Origin: Phoronis australis
Taxonomy: Eukaryota; Animalia; Phoronida
Direction of reading: 5' to 3'
Assembly (NCBI GenBank): GCA_002633005.1
Contig: NMRA01000164.1
Location: forward strand, 685,338 to 749,337
Length of the DNA stretch: 64,000 bases
Positions 41,601-55,100 of this stretch are shown in pieces. How positions within the stretch are numbered: the first letter of the stretch is position 1; every line of letters starts with the position of its first letter. A program made the translations under genes and the position numbers. Below the pieces are notes generated by a model, which worked only from the letters and a program-made list of their open reading frames with translations, was not told the origin of the DNA and searched no databases.

Positions 41601-43129
41601 TCTTTGCGTCTCTGGGGCAGTCCTTTGTGCCCACTTCGCCAAATGAAGGCGCTCGTTCAAGTCCTCCGAGTCCCCCTGGGTTCTCGTATGTTAATATTGA
41701 TACGAGTGAACTTTTGGTCAAACCTTTGGCCACTTAGAAGTAAAGACGGACACTAGTAAGACTGTTGCCAGGAGGAAAATTTGTGTCGACGGGAAGTGAG
41801 GGCGGAGTCGACTTGGGAGTATGCCGAAACTGGAGGGTGAGCGAGGGGTCGGGGGTCAAAGTTGATGTTAACTGTGTGGACCAATAATGTTAACCATTAA
41901 ACATCATTTATCAATGTCCAGGTACACTTTGTCAGACAAAAGTATAAAACTGAGCATAGGCTGTATCTTTTTATGGGTTAAAACATGGGATGCTTGGTTG
42001 AAGCACATTTAGATTCAACTCGCAAAACCAAGTTCTGAGACTTACAATCCGCCAAATCACATCTGTTACAGGTCCTCATACAGTACATATTCATTCTCGC
42101 AGAATCTGTCTTGCATTGATGTGCATAACTTCGGCAGTCGTCGTTCTTGTCAACGCATCGGATCATTTCTTTCAAATTTGACGGCTTGCAGAGGCCACAA
42201 GACATTCTGCACGTGCGTAACCAAGCGCCGTTGTCAAGACAACTTTTCTCGCGGATTTGTAGATGGCAGTCATTCGCTGTATCTTTACATACAGGTTTTA
42301 GGTCTATAAAACATGAGAAAACCTCCTTGCAAAGGTGAACGGATAATGTTTGGCATGTTAAATAAGGAAAACAATAAATACTATTTAGGGTCATGCGCAA
42401 AAATACTAAATGTTTTTTTTTCGAAGTGAAAGTTTCGCACTAGTGTCGCACAGCCTGTAGGTAGCACTGAACAGTTTGTAATCCATAGAATCTAAATAGC
42501 AAGGTGTGTGAAGTGTTTGATTTGGGAAATGCTTGAAAATAGTTTTAAGGAAATTTATTTATCTGTGGTTCTGAATTCATCCTGAATGAGAAAAGCCAAT
42601 TTTTACTAACAGTGGCCTACTTTTGATGCAAAATGGTGGCTGCACTTAGCGTTCAACCCCTGACAAACCGGGTGCGATTTCAGGTAGCTGGCAGTTCAAA
42701 ATTACCGAGCGAGCATCTGGTATGGGGCGTGCTATGACCACCTTTCTAGAATGTAGAAATAACGATCATTCTAAATCTGCAGTCAGATTTTGTCTAGCAC
42801 TTGTAGGGAAGTAGTAATTTTGGGGAGAAAGCGTCAAATTTGAGGTTTTTTATCCTATTTTTGCATGCCAGGATTTTTTGTGATGTGAATTAACCTATTA
42901 AAACCCTGTAGTAGGCCTACAATAAGTTTCACTTATCCTGAGTAGTGCCTGAAAGTTCGAAATGCTACAAAACTTTTTAGACTCTTGATCAGGAAGTGAG
43001 GAAAGGACATCTCGCGTCGGTTGCCAAAACTGTAATGACTGTACTGTGCTACCAGGCGTTTTATTCAGATACAACGACTGGAACGACCCCAGCAATCCTA
43101 GCAGCGAACACAAATGTGCCAGACACGGT

Positions 43130-43161
<32 letters not shown>

Positions 43162-46100
43162 ACACACTGTCCCTCTCCCTTTCCGCATATGCACACGCAC
43201 CTTCCCCACCAACAGGTTGGTACTTCAGCTGATGTAATCTGTGTGCTTGTCACTTTACGCTCTTCCTTTTTGGCCGGAGGAGTTAAAAATACAAACACTG
43301 CGACAGAGTGAATGTAAGCAGCTAAAGATGGTGGAGCATATCAATGTACGATGCAAGTTATGTGGGCATATTAAGTACATCGTAAGTGTAAAGTTCACTT
43401 CATGAATCAATGAGTAAAACTCTAGCTAAGTTAGCGTAGGATGTAATTAAATAGCATTTTACTTAATGCTTGCAGCGCAAGTTCATTGCAATGCCGCCTC
43501 AAGCTGAACTTCTCTCATTCTCACTGAATGTCATAATGTCGATTGGAATTGAATTTTCATTGAGGCAATCAGATGAAATATCTTTGATCATTTTTCTCTT
43601 ATTGACCTTATGATAACTCCTATTGTGTTTTACCGAAACTTGCCACAGAATCGAAAGAATATGTAAATGGTTTTTGTTTGGTGCGATAAAATCGGCAATA
43701 TAGTTGAAGAGATTGGTTAAAATGTTCAATGTTTTGTAAAAATGCAATTTGATTTACTGCAGAGCAAATGTTTATCTTCGTGAACGTGATTAATGGGGGA
43801 GGGGGAACTTTCGTGTATTCGAAGTTCATGCAAGCACGATCTTGAAAATAAGTAAGATTCCAAGGTCACGCACAAATCGTTAGCCAAATGAGTGAACGTT
43901 GTGTATCGTTGGCCAAATTGGTGAACGTTACGCACGTAAACTACGTGCGCAAATTAACTCTTTTTAGAGGGCTACAGTATGTCAGAATATAGTCTGATAG
44001 TATTTTTAGTTGTATTGTTTTGTTTTGTGTGTTGTTATTCTGTTTGATTGGCATGACCCCTGAGTGATTAATGCAGTCTGGAATATTCTAGAGACTAGTA
44101 TATGTTTGTAGAATAGTTGGGTAGATTCAGGAAAGTTCTAGAATGTGCTTGAATTGATGAAAAGTTCCAGAACAATGCAGTAGGCTATAAATACACAAGC
44201 ACGGGTTTGTGTTAGTCAGATTAAGTCAGTTGAGTCCAAAAAGATCAAGTCGGGAGATCAAGTGAGATCAAGGCAGTTCAAGAAAGTTAATCAGGAGAAC
44301 TACAGTTGAGTTGCAGTGAAGAGAATCAGCAGTAACAGCTATAGTCAATAGGGAGCCAGCTATAGACAGCAGGTTATTGAATCAACGAGTGTAACAGTTG
44401 CTGGAAGTATCTCAGAAGTTCAACACAAGTCAAGGCTTCGCAGCACTGGCTGGAGCATAAACAGACATTACGTCGGACGTTTTGTTTGAGTAGGCTTGTG
44501 AACGTACGGTCGAGATTAATAAAAGATTAACTCGAACCAGTCTTCAGTCAATCTTCGCACCGAAAGCTATTAGCACCGGTCTGTAACAACCTGCGCCCAC
44601 CCACACACGGGGAAAAACGTGACACAGTAATTATTTGCAGTGTAAATTAACTTTTAACGCCACAGAGTAATTATATGTGGCGCAAAGTAATTATCTAGAG
44701 GTGTAAAATAATTATTTGCGGCATAAAGAAATTATTTTATTTACGGCGTCAAGTAATTATTTGCGGCGCAAAGTAATTAGTTGCACCGTAAAGTAATTAC
44801 TTAACGCCTCTAACAAGATTTAACTTACGCTCATAATTTACATGCGTAATTTCATCCATTTTGCCAACGATACGCACATCATCATCACCACTTTGCCTCG
44901 CGTACAGCCTACATCAGCATTAGAGTCTGGTGACTACTCGAAACCTAGATCATCTAGGCAGACGTCTATCGTACGTAGCAGCGGTCTGATTGGAATGCGT
45001 ATATCAACTTTTAAAATTTCTCTCGTTTCTAGCATTTTCTATAATATTAAGACATGATATAATTCAATTACTGGTTTTTAATGTCCTCTGTTCCATTTTA
45101 GATCAGTATTAACCTTTATCGGATACGAAAATAGAAGCACGGTAGTACTGTGAATTGAAACAACGTCCTCTTGCATTGTTATCACTGACTCAAGTCATAT
45201 CAGTTAACTTTGAAATTGCAAACGCATGCTTTATATGCTCAGCTAGTTGACTTCAGTGTCGACTGCTCAATGGAGAGCCAGGTGTCAGGTATGTACACCA
45301 GACTCTAACAGCTGGGTGTGAGACAAAATGAATTTGAATATTCAGTAAATGACAAAAAAAAGTTAAAAGCAGAACATTTCGAGCTCCATTACCCTCTCCA
45401 GTACACTGAGCGCACGACCGGTAACAGTATTTCGCCATTCTGTACGGTTTTTTGAAGCATTCGCCAATAATCGCCATATCGACGCATTCGCTCTCTTCGT
45501 TACTGCAGTGAATGTCTTTCGGCCACTCAGATTGGGCTTGGAAATACAATGTAAAACGATCTGGGTAATTGGCATAGACAAACAAAGAACACGGCGCACA
45601 CACGGACAGATATTGTCCAACAAACAGACAGACAGACAGACAAAGAGACAAACAGACAGACATATGGCGATTAACAAGGGCAAGTATTCAGCAGGTTAAA
45701 TATCACACGTTTTTGCAGAGCAATTGATGTCATAAATTTCGCTCGCAAGTGACCTGTATTCACTGTAGGCCTACGTGAAATACATGTAGGTGCCTCCTGA
45801 AACTGGTTGATCATTTCGTCAGCTGTAAGAACTCGTTGGAAATTACAGTATGCAAAGATGTTACTGGAATGCGTCATCTCGTGAAAGAATATAAATCTTT
45901 GAGTATAATTTTCAAGTCAAACTTTGCCGAGTGTACTTGACTAATTTCCTCGGTTCTCACAGGTCAACCAGTTAAGATATCTGATTGGTTTGTAACCCGG
46001 TAATCGTTACCCATAAGCAGTTTGATGTCATAACCGGTTAACTCGGAGGAATCACTGAAGTCAACAACGTGTACCGAAAACCAACGTTATGGTATTCTCT

Positions 46101-49100
46101 GACACAACGCCACCTATACTGAAAAGTGGCCCTGTGGAACATGATGAAGGATACGCGGAATTCCATGTACAATGCGCATGCCTTGGTCGGAAATATACAC
46201 ATCCCATTGCCACCACTTGCACACGCCTTTATGCACTTTACTTGTTTGGGTTTAAGTCACTGGATAGGGGTTTCCTTGGTTTTGTTTAGTTCGATCACTG
46301 TCCTTTTTAATGAATTGCAGCTATTCAAGTCAAAGGCGGTCGCCATACTATACAGAAAACTGAAACGGGTTTACCAGATTTCAACCAGTGGGAATGACTG
46401 AATGTTATGACGTCGGTTTCCTTACTTCAACCAATGAGAAGCTATGTTAAAAAACTTTCGACAGTGCGACCTTTCGTAGCATTGTGAAAAAGTGTAATCT
46501 TTGATGGCAGCACCTGGCTGAATCGATGAAGTCAACCGGATAAGGCATCTGATTGTTGTAAAAACCGGAATTCAGCATCGAGATCGAAACAGTCTTAGCC
46601 AGTTGAACTGCGGAACCGGTCAAGTCACTCATTGCGTCAGACCTGTAGCGACCATTTTTTCCAAATCCAATTGCCCCAGTAGTACTTACTAGGACACAGA
46701 TATCGTTTGCAAGACTTTTTGCACTTGCTCATCATAAATTGTGGTCTGAAGTGGCATTCTCCTTGTTTTGCCCATTGTTCGCAGCTGTCATCCGTGTCCT
46801 CACAGTCACCGAACAGACAGAGTACACGGTGACAATGTTGGCGACAGGCCCACACCGTGTCACTATTTTTCGATCCAAAGCATTTACCAGTTCTTGCGCG
46901 TTCTCTGCAATCTTCCTCTTCGTAGAAAGTATGGCAACCAACTGAAAAATGAAAGCTTGACATGCGTGTACTAATTCTAGCTTATCAACACAACAACGAA
47001 ACTGCCGGCTGCAGATTTTGTTCAAAGTGAACCAGTCACGTTCGAACACGTAACAGTGCATATCCTTTCAAAGGCGTAGCTGTAGGCCTGTAAGAAATTG
47101 TACATCACTGAAGGCCTGGATTATTTGTTTACATCCAAGTCTGCCCCACTTTTAAATATCTCGCCCACCGAAAATTCTAAAACTTCCGGCCGGTACTATA
47201 TATACAGAAGTTAATTGCAGCACTACAACTGGCTGTAAAACGAAAACTTCATACAATTACAGCATGCGCGCACCCATGGGGGGTCTCGAATGAGCCCCCC
47301 ATTTGGCGAAGTGGGCAAAAAAGTCCGCCTTAGAGAGACAAAAAGTCCGAGAAAATGAGGCATAAGTCCATTAAACATGCGCAATTCACCGTGTTGCTCC
47401 CGTTTTTTTTTAGTCCGCCCGCTTTTTTGTTACCAAACGGTCCCCGAAGTCACAAATACGAGTCCCCTATTTAAGGCTGGGTGCGCGCATGTACAAAAGA
47501 CATTCAGGGTTATTACGAGACACAATGAATATATGGTGAACTGAAATGGCCACCACGTACAATACTCGAAAACTGAAACAATACTAATGCATCGGCATTA
47601 CACGCCACGGGTGGGTTACGTTTGACGGCAGTTTTTGAAGCAAATGAAGAGTAGGTGCCGTGAATGGTATTCAATAGTTGGTCTTTTAAGTTGTTTTGAA
47701 TAAAAAAGGCCACCTATCTGGCTTCTGCTATGCTTTACCCGGGTCTGTGGGTCTCGTCATTTCGAAAGCATTTTTGGAAGTCCAGGCCGAAAAGTTTGCT
47801 CCAAGTACAGTTACCTTCAGACAAGACGAAGTTGGAGAATTTGTTTATAACGTATTTTTGCCTAAATTTCTGTTCTCAAATGATCAAGAGAACTATTTTA
47901 GAATCCTGTCTCCAATTTAGTACCGAAGCAGTCGCGAATTTGTGAGTTTGGCAAAAAAAGCCAAGTTCGTAATTTTCTGTCATTTTTGGCATTTGTGGCT
48001 TCTCTACAAATTCCCTTATCCATTGGAGTCCCCACCGATTGTGCTTTCTAAAAGTTGCACGTTTGTCAAGTGTCGTGAGACCGAGTTGGCTTTTGTTAAA
48101 CCAGTTTCTGATTTCAATGAAATCAACAATTCGACTATCCCTCGGAATTCGAGATGCTGCAACCAAAATGCATTTGGTAGTAAGCTAACTACTGAGTTCT
48201 TGTACTTACAGTATTTTACCACTCCACATTTTCCGCACGCATGCCTGCATTTTTCGTACATATACTTCGCGTTTAACGAGCACTCGCCCACCGAAGCCCA
48301 GGCGGCGCATTCCTGGTCAATTCGGTGTCTATTTGAGCATGCCCAACTTCCCTGGCACCAGTCGCACGACTTGCGGCAGTTAGCCAACATCCATGGCTTT
48401 TGGAAGCGGCAGTATCCCATAGAAGCCCAGACGGCGCATTCATCTCTGTTCATCCACAAATCCTCACATTCTAAGTAATAGTGCAGTCAGTTTTAATAGA
48501 AAAAAAGTTCACTTTTTGAAGAAAGTCTGAAAGTTTCCCCATAAGCCAAAGTTGTCGCCCTGTCCTGCATCACTCGTAAAAAAGACTACAGGCGGCCCTA
48601 TACCTGAATAGTATCGGACGCGCGCAGCTCACACAAGTCGGACCCATTGCACATAAGTCGTGATCTGACACCCAGTATGATGAGCATTGTAAATTTAAAT
48701 ATGGTTGCCATTTTGGACCTAAACATGGTCGATAGTAGGATGCGAGTTACCACCGGAAGCTAGCACAATGGTAATGTGCTGATACATGTATATGTGATGT
48801 CATGAATAATTGTTTTCAGACATACTGGAATCCAATATGACTGTCAAGAATAAAATAACTTTACATGATTCAAAATCTGTGTTACCATTTCTAAAGACAT
48901 GCACAATGTGCTCCAAAACAAATCTTTACAAAGAATTTCTAAAACATGAGTAACAAAATATAATTAAGTGGTAACTAAATGTTTTTCTTTTTAAATAAAG
49001 GAACCCCAAAGTTTGTTTTGCAATGCCTAAAAGTTCAAATAAGTGCCACAGTCGACTGTTAATGCAGGACGAAGACAACTACGCGGACAGTGAGGATTAA

Positions 49101-52100
49101 AAAATGACACGCCAACATGGAGAGCAATTAGAGGAACGGGTTTGGTGCTTTTGGCAGTGGAAATGTGTCCGACTTGAGCTTAGAGTCTAGTGGTCCAATG
49201 ATAAGTGATAATTATGTGAAGAGGGAAACCAGAAATCCAGACTATTCTTCTGTGTTACCTGACTGTGAAGAACATTTGTCTTGAGAATGGTTGAGTGATA
49301 ATTAACCGAAACGTCGACAAATACAATGTCTTTTTTTCTGTATGCGCTGATTTTAAAATGTTTACTCATATTTTTGCCAAAAACAAATTTGGTCAATTCT
49401 GTGAATTATGCGAACGCTAGACAGTCAATTTCGCAGAGTCTGGTAAAATCCATTCGCCATGAGCTCACACCAAAAGTTCTCAAAAGGCCTTTTCTGGTAT
49501 TCATACTTCAAAGTATCTTGTTAAAATTTTGGGACCACCCTATGTATTTTTGGTTTAATTACCCCGCATGTTTTCATAAATTTAGTTAACCCATAATTTG
49601 TCGCTTACTTGATCCCCACTGATGAAGCAAACATCATGCAAGTGTAATTGGATTGAATTCTGAATAATCCCACTATTAACTAATGTAGAGATGTTCCCAA
49701 ATATTTTGGTAGCTTACTTTAAACTTACCCACAGTAGATTTTTTGTGGCACCAACCACAGGCTTGCGGACAGTTCACTATCATGTATGCTGGATTGGCGT
49801 CGCAGTACCACGCAAACGCTAGGTATTTACATTCCTCATCACCAAGCGGATTTTTGCAGTATCCTGAAAAGATTGGTATCACGCATGTTTTAACCACAAG
49901 GTGAGTCATTATTTATAGTGGTAAGAAACTCCGGGGAGCGAAAGATAAGACGATCGTCAGAGGAAGGGAGTCCCATCATTAGATGTTTCGGCTCCATACA
50001 AATGTTCTGAAAATAATCAACAAAAGTTATCAGAAAGCCAGCCAACACTTTCCCGAAAACAACACAATGGAACTTGTAATGAAAACGTAACGTGGTTCTT
50101 CTTTCTGTGAGATTCAACTTACCTTTGGCTCGACCACTGTCTCCTTTGTAGTTGATGCCACATTTATTGCAAGATTTCATACACTTCGGTATAGTAAACA
50201 ATGGATTCAAACTACACATACGCTCCTTTGCCCATTGTTCGCACTCGTCATCATGAGGATGCTTGTTTCTGCAATCTGAGATGTGAAGCAAATCGTGAAC
50301 AAGCATCCATATCACATCTGTAATTACACCTCTAACCAAGCCCAGTACATGATGTGTTCGATAATTTTCAAATTTGCAATGGATAGTTGCAAATTGTCAA
50401 TCAAGCCATTAATTCCACCCATAAGGAGGGGAGGTGTTACTATGGGCCTCCATTTTGGCTCACAAACGTCCATTGTTTATGAAACTCTTGGAACGACGGT
50501 GCATACACGACCAACGATAAGCGTTAGAATGAGCCAACGATTGCACCGTTTGGGTAGGCACATGTTACTGGGCTTGGGTCCAAGAGAGGGCGTCACAGTT
50601 GTCGGAATAGTCCAGAAAATCAACGCTAGACTTGCTCTTGTTAGAAAAGACGTCGTAATGATCCGAACAGAGAGCTTAACGCCAAAAACAGAATCGAAAA
50701 CAACATAAATGAACACAAAGTGGTGCAGTACATGCCACATTCATCCGAAATCCGAAAATAAAAGCGCGCTGCCTTCTAAAAACCTACATGCAAAATTTTA
50801 TGGAAATCCGCTCAGGAGTCGAACGTCAAAAATCCCACTAGTGGTGGCCAAAGGTAGTCGGGTGCGCCAGAAAGTGATCTTCCACCTGTTGCCGCATAGT
50901 TCGTAGAAAATCATTTGCCAATGTATTTATAACCGTCCTCCAAATTGCGGAGCAGCCTCCCCCCACCATCCTCAACACGCCAGAAATACTGCCGGTGTGC
51001 TTTCAACACCCCCGAAATATACGTTCAGGTCCCAATTACAGTAACGTCATTTGGGAGTCAGTGCCCGGTTGCATGACATAGTACCAATTAGGGACTCAAA
51101 CTAAGTTCATCAGCTAAATCTTTTGCGTATTTGTTTTGTTCATCACCAACAGATGTAGTATTTTTCTATCATTACATTTTTATTATTAACTCTTCTTTGA
51201 CCAATGACACTTTCTAATAATATAATTAAAAGTGAGTCTTGAATTCAGTCAAAATATTAATAGGGACTTAGTCCTTAAATTGGGGGCGTTGCATGGAAAG
51301 GTCCTATTTATTTTCAACAATATTGAGAATTCACTCTCGATTTGTATCGAAGTAAAAAATTAACTTAGTAATGAGATGTAAACATCATGATAAAGGACAA
51401 TCAGTGTTATCTCAAGCAAAGAAATACACATAAGATTTAAGGAACTTAGTTGAGTCGCTATTTGTGAGTGTTTCATGCAACCGGGAATAGGGGGAACTTC
51501 TCGGTTTGAGAATTGTCGTGACCGTGCTACACAAGGTCCGGGAGCCTGGGGGCTAAACCTGGATTTGTCAGATAAAGTTTTTTCCTTTGCTGTTTCATGT
51601 AGCCTAGGGTTAAGTTATCATTATTTGGGGGGGAGGTGGGGTGACAGTTCGCAACCCTTAAGCATTTTTCAAATTTGCAAATTAAGGTCGCCATTATGCA
51701 AAATTCTATTTTTGCTTATTGTTTACTTACCAAACACTGAAGGTAGATTATTTTAACGGTTTCACCCAGTTTTCCATGGTGAACGAATTTAATAGTGAAG
51801 TTTTTTTGGTGGATACATCGTCAATCTCCATAATTAAGGCCGCCGTTATTCAAAAATCTTCTTGTGCTTATAGCGACCGTGCCAGGCACCACAGATGAAC
51901 CATCATGATACTTGCACCCTGGTCATTTGGTTTAATGAAATCAGTTTGCATGTTGCTACATCATGAATTTGCATAATTACTGAAAAATTGCACAATTAAA
52001 GCAAGTTTGCATAATTAAAGCAAACTTGTATGATTAATGCAAATTTGCATAATTAAAGCCAATTTGCATAATTAATGTCGATTTGCATGATTAATGCAAA

Positions 52101-55100
52101 TTTGAATAATTAATACAAATTAAGGGCGTCATTATTCAAAATTCTACCTGTGGTTATAGCTGCGGTATCAAGCACCACAGGTAAACTCTCATGATATTTG
52201 ATCCTATGTTCCTATGATCAATTAAGTTCATGAAATCAGTTTGCAAGTTGCATGATAAATTTGCATAATTTATGCAAATAATGGAGGCCGTCATTAAAAA
52301 TTCTGCTTCTGCTCGTAACTTTCTTCGGGGGGTACTACGTGTAGATTATTTTGGTAATTTACTGATGAATTTAATGTAATCTGTCATTACATGATAATCT
52401 GTAATTTATGACATAACATTACAAATTCTATTTTTTTCTGATATCCAGGGTAGATCTAGTAGATGACCAAATTGCTTAATTGCATAAACCCAGGACAATA
52501 ACAAATCGAATGGAAAACAATCACAATACTAATTCAAGACTCTAAATGTGAGCACACTACAGTAAAACATGCCCAAAATATTGCGCAGGGTAGAAAATTG
52601 ACGCTGCAACTATAATTATCTACTTGAATTTCATGGAATCTGACCTTTGCAGCCACATCTAATCATCCCCAGTATGCAATAGGAGCGAGTTGGACACCAT
52701 GCGGAATTACAGATGGTGAGAGTGATTTGTTTATGTCATCTTTCTTTCATCCATATTCCTCTGGCTCTAGTGCTGGTGACATTCCACCACATGACTGACT
52801 TTTAATGGGCTCAGTTTACATTCTCTGTGAATGCCTTTTTGTCAGTGTCAGTTTGGGGGCGAACGTATATCCCTTGCCGTTTTTCTTCCCCATACTTGTA
52901 GTCTGGTTGCTGACATCTTCCTGATTCTCTTCATTTCATAACAGGCACATTTACATTTAGTGGCCTGTTTTATGATATCAGAAAAGTGTGCATAAATAGT
53001 GCCGATGGAGGACAGTCAATATTTGAACGATGGATCCCTTTCCAGCAACATAGTAGCATTACACCAGGTTACACCCCTACAGCGCATGGGCAAGGAGTAG
53101 ACCTTCGCAATTCCACTGTCAACTTAATGTCAACAACTGCTCTACGCTTACCACGTGATTTCATGGTTGTGGTATTCGAATCCGTTAGCTGCCATAGTAA
53201 TGCATACGAAGCACAAATACATTTTTGTCATCCGATTTAAGCAACGTAAAATCTGTTAAGTTCACATGCCCATTTCACGTTGTATTACACAATACTGGAG
53301 CTGGCTTCTTCGTGGGATGTCTCCAGATAATACCTACTGCCAAAGTCCTTGTCCCTTGAGGGACAGGGAGCTTCATCATTGATTACTTCCTTGTGTACCT
53401 TTGATTACTTCCTTGTGTACCTTACCTACTGCTGGCCTTTCTAGAAATCTGATAACATTACCTGTCCAATGAAATATGGGTGCAGGTGTTAAAATAGTTT
53501 ATCTGGGGTGCCTGGTACTTCAGCTATAAGCAACAGTAGAATTCTGAATAATGGCGGCCTTAATTTGCATACATTATGCAAATTCACGATGTATCAACCA
53601 GCAAGCAAACTCCATTAAATTCACTAACGAGGGAAGAATGGTGAAATCATTAAAGTAACCTGCCTGCAGCGCTTGGTATGGGCATTATAAGCAAAATGTA
53701 ATTTTGAATAATCGTGGCCTTAATTTGCATACATTATGCAAATTCATGATGTATCAACCAGCAAGCAAACTCCATTAAATTCACTGACCAGGGAAAAATG
53801 GTAAAATCATTAAAGTAACCTGCCTGCAGCGCTTGGTATGGGCATTATAAGCAAAATGTAATTTTGAATAATTGTGGCCTTAATTTGCATTAATTATGCA
53901 AATTTATTGTTGTGTATCTTACTTTGTCAAATAAAGTAGACACTCCATTAACTACGCAGTGAAACGAACAGAATTGAACTGAACACTGAACTGTTTCATT
54001 CCACATATCACAACAATATATATACACACGACCACATAACAACATATGATGCGTTACCTATCACACACTTCCTATACTAGGAATCGCATGACATAATACC
54101 AATTAAATTACTGAACTCATAAACAACAACAATCTACAAACATCCTGTTATTGTGTGACTAAATACACAACATTTATCATGCGCCAACTTCATTTCATTG
54201 AACTAATTGACCATAACGGCATGATTATTTACCTGTAATGATTGGTACCGTAGCTATTAGAACAAGTTAACGTTCGAATAATGGCGGTCTTAATTTATAT
54301 AAATTATGAAAATTCACAACGTATCCCAAAAAAATTGCACTATTAAATTCGTTGACCATGGAAACATGGGTGAAGACATCAAAATAATAGTAAGGAAATT
54401 ATAAGTAAAAATAGAACGTTGCATAATGGTCGCCTTAATTTGCTCAAGGGTTGAGAACCGTCACCCCCTTAAATCATGATCAGCTATGTCTAGGCTACAA
54501 AAACAGCAAAGAAAAAACTTTATCCAGCAAATCCAAGTTAAGCAAAAAAACAGCGTTTGGCTCCCGGACTTACACTAGTTTGCAAAATGGCTCGCTGTGA
54601 TTGGTCGGTAAAGCTGGATTATTGCATTATGGGATATCGGAAGGAAACTCATGATTCCATAGTCCCAGATTCCTCGTTGTAACCGTCTCGCATATGCATT
54701 ACCAAACGCAACCCCTGTTGTTTGCACTGAATCTCATAATTAATCACAGTCGTGCGTTTCAAAGTCTTTCTGTTATTTACAATAACGTACTTTTGTTGGG
54801 ATCGTTCACTGATCCGCCGATCTGACAATTTCTGGAACCATCGGGACATAGACACTGACACGTCTTGTCAACAAAACCACCATCTTTGCAGTGTGGTACA
54901 TTCTTGCAGTGACCTCGGTGTAAAGAACGCAAATGGTTGGTTTTATATCTCCAAGAAATAAAAAATTCTATTCGATCATGCATCAATGGACGATTTTGCT
55001 TTGTCTTATTTTGTCTCAATTGTTGGGTATTTTCCCTAAATTGAGTGACTAACAAAGTACGCCAGGCACTCCGACACACTTGTCTCAGTTACAGTGCATT

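Noticed and set aside
44626-44800. Regularly spaced short repeats resembling a CRISPR array (also 6810-6965 and 51990-52120)
   Set aside because: Degenerate head-to-tail minisatellites without unique spacers, eukaryotic context, no cas genes.
47942-48478. 178-aa plus-strand ORF and similar antisense ORFs over ShK exons
   Set aside because: Shadow ORFs opposite real exons with no recognisable domain.
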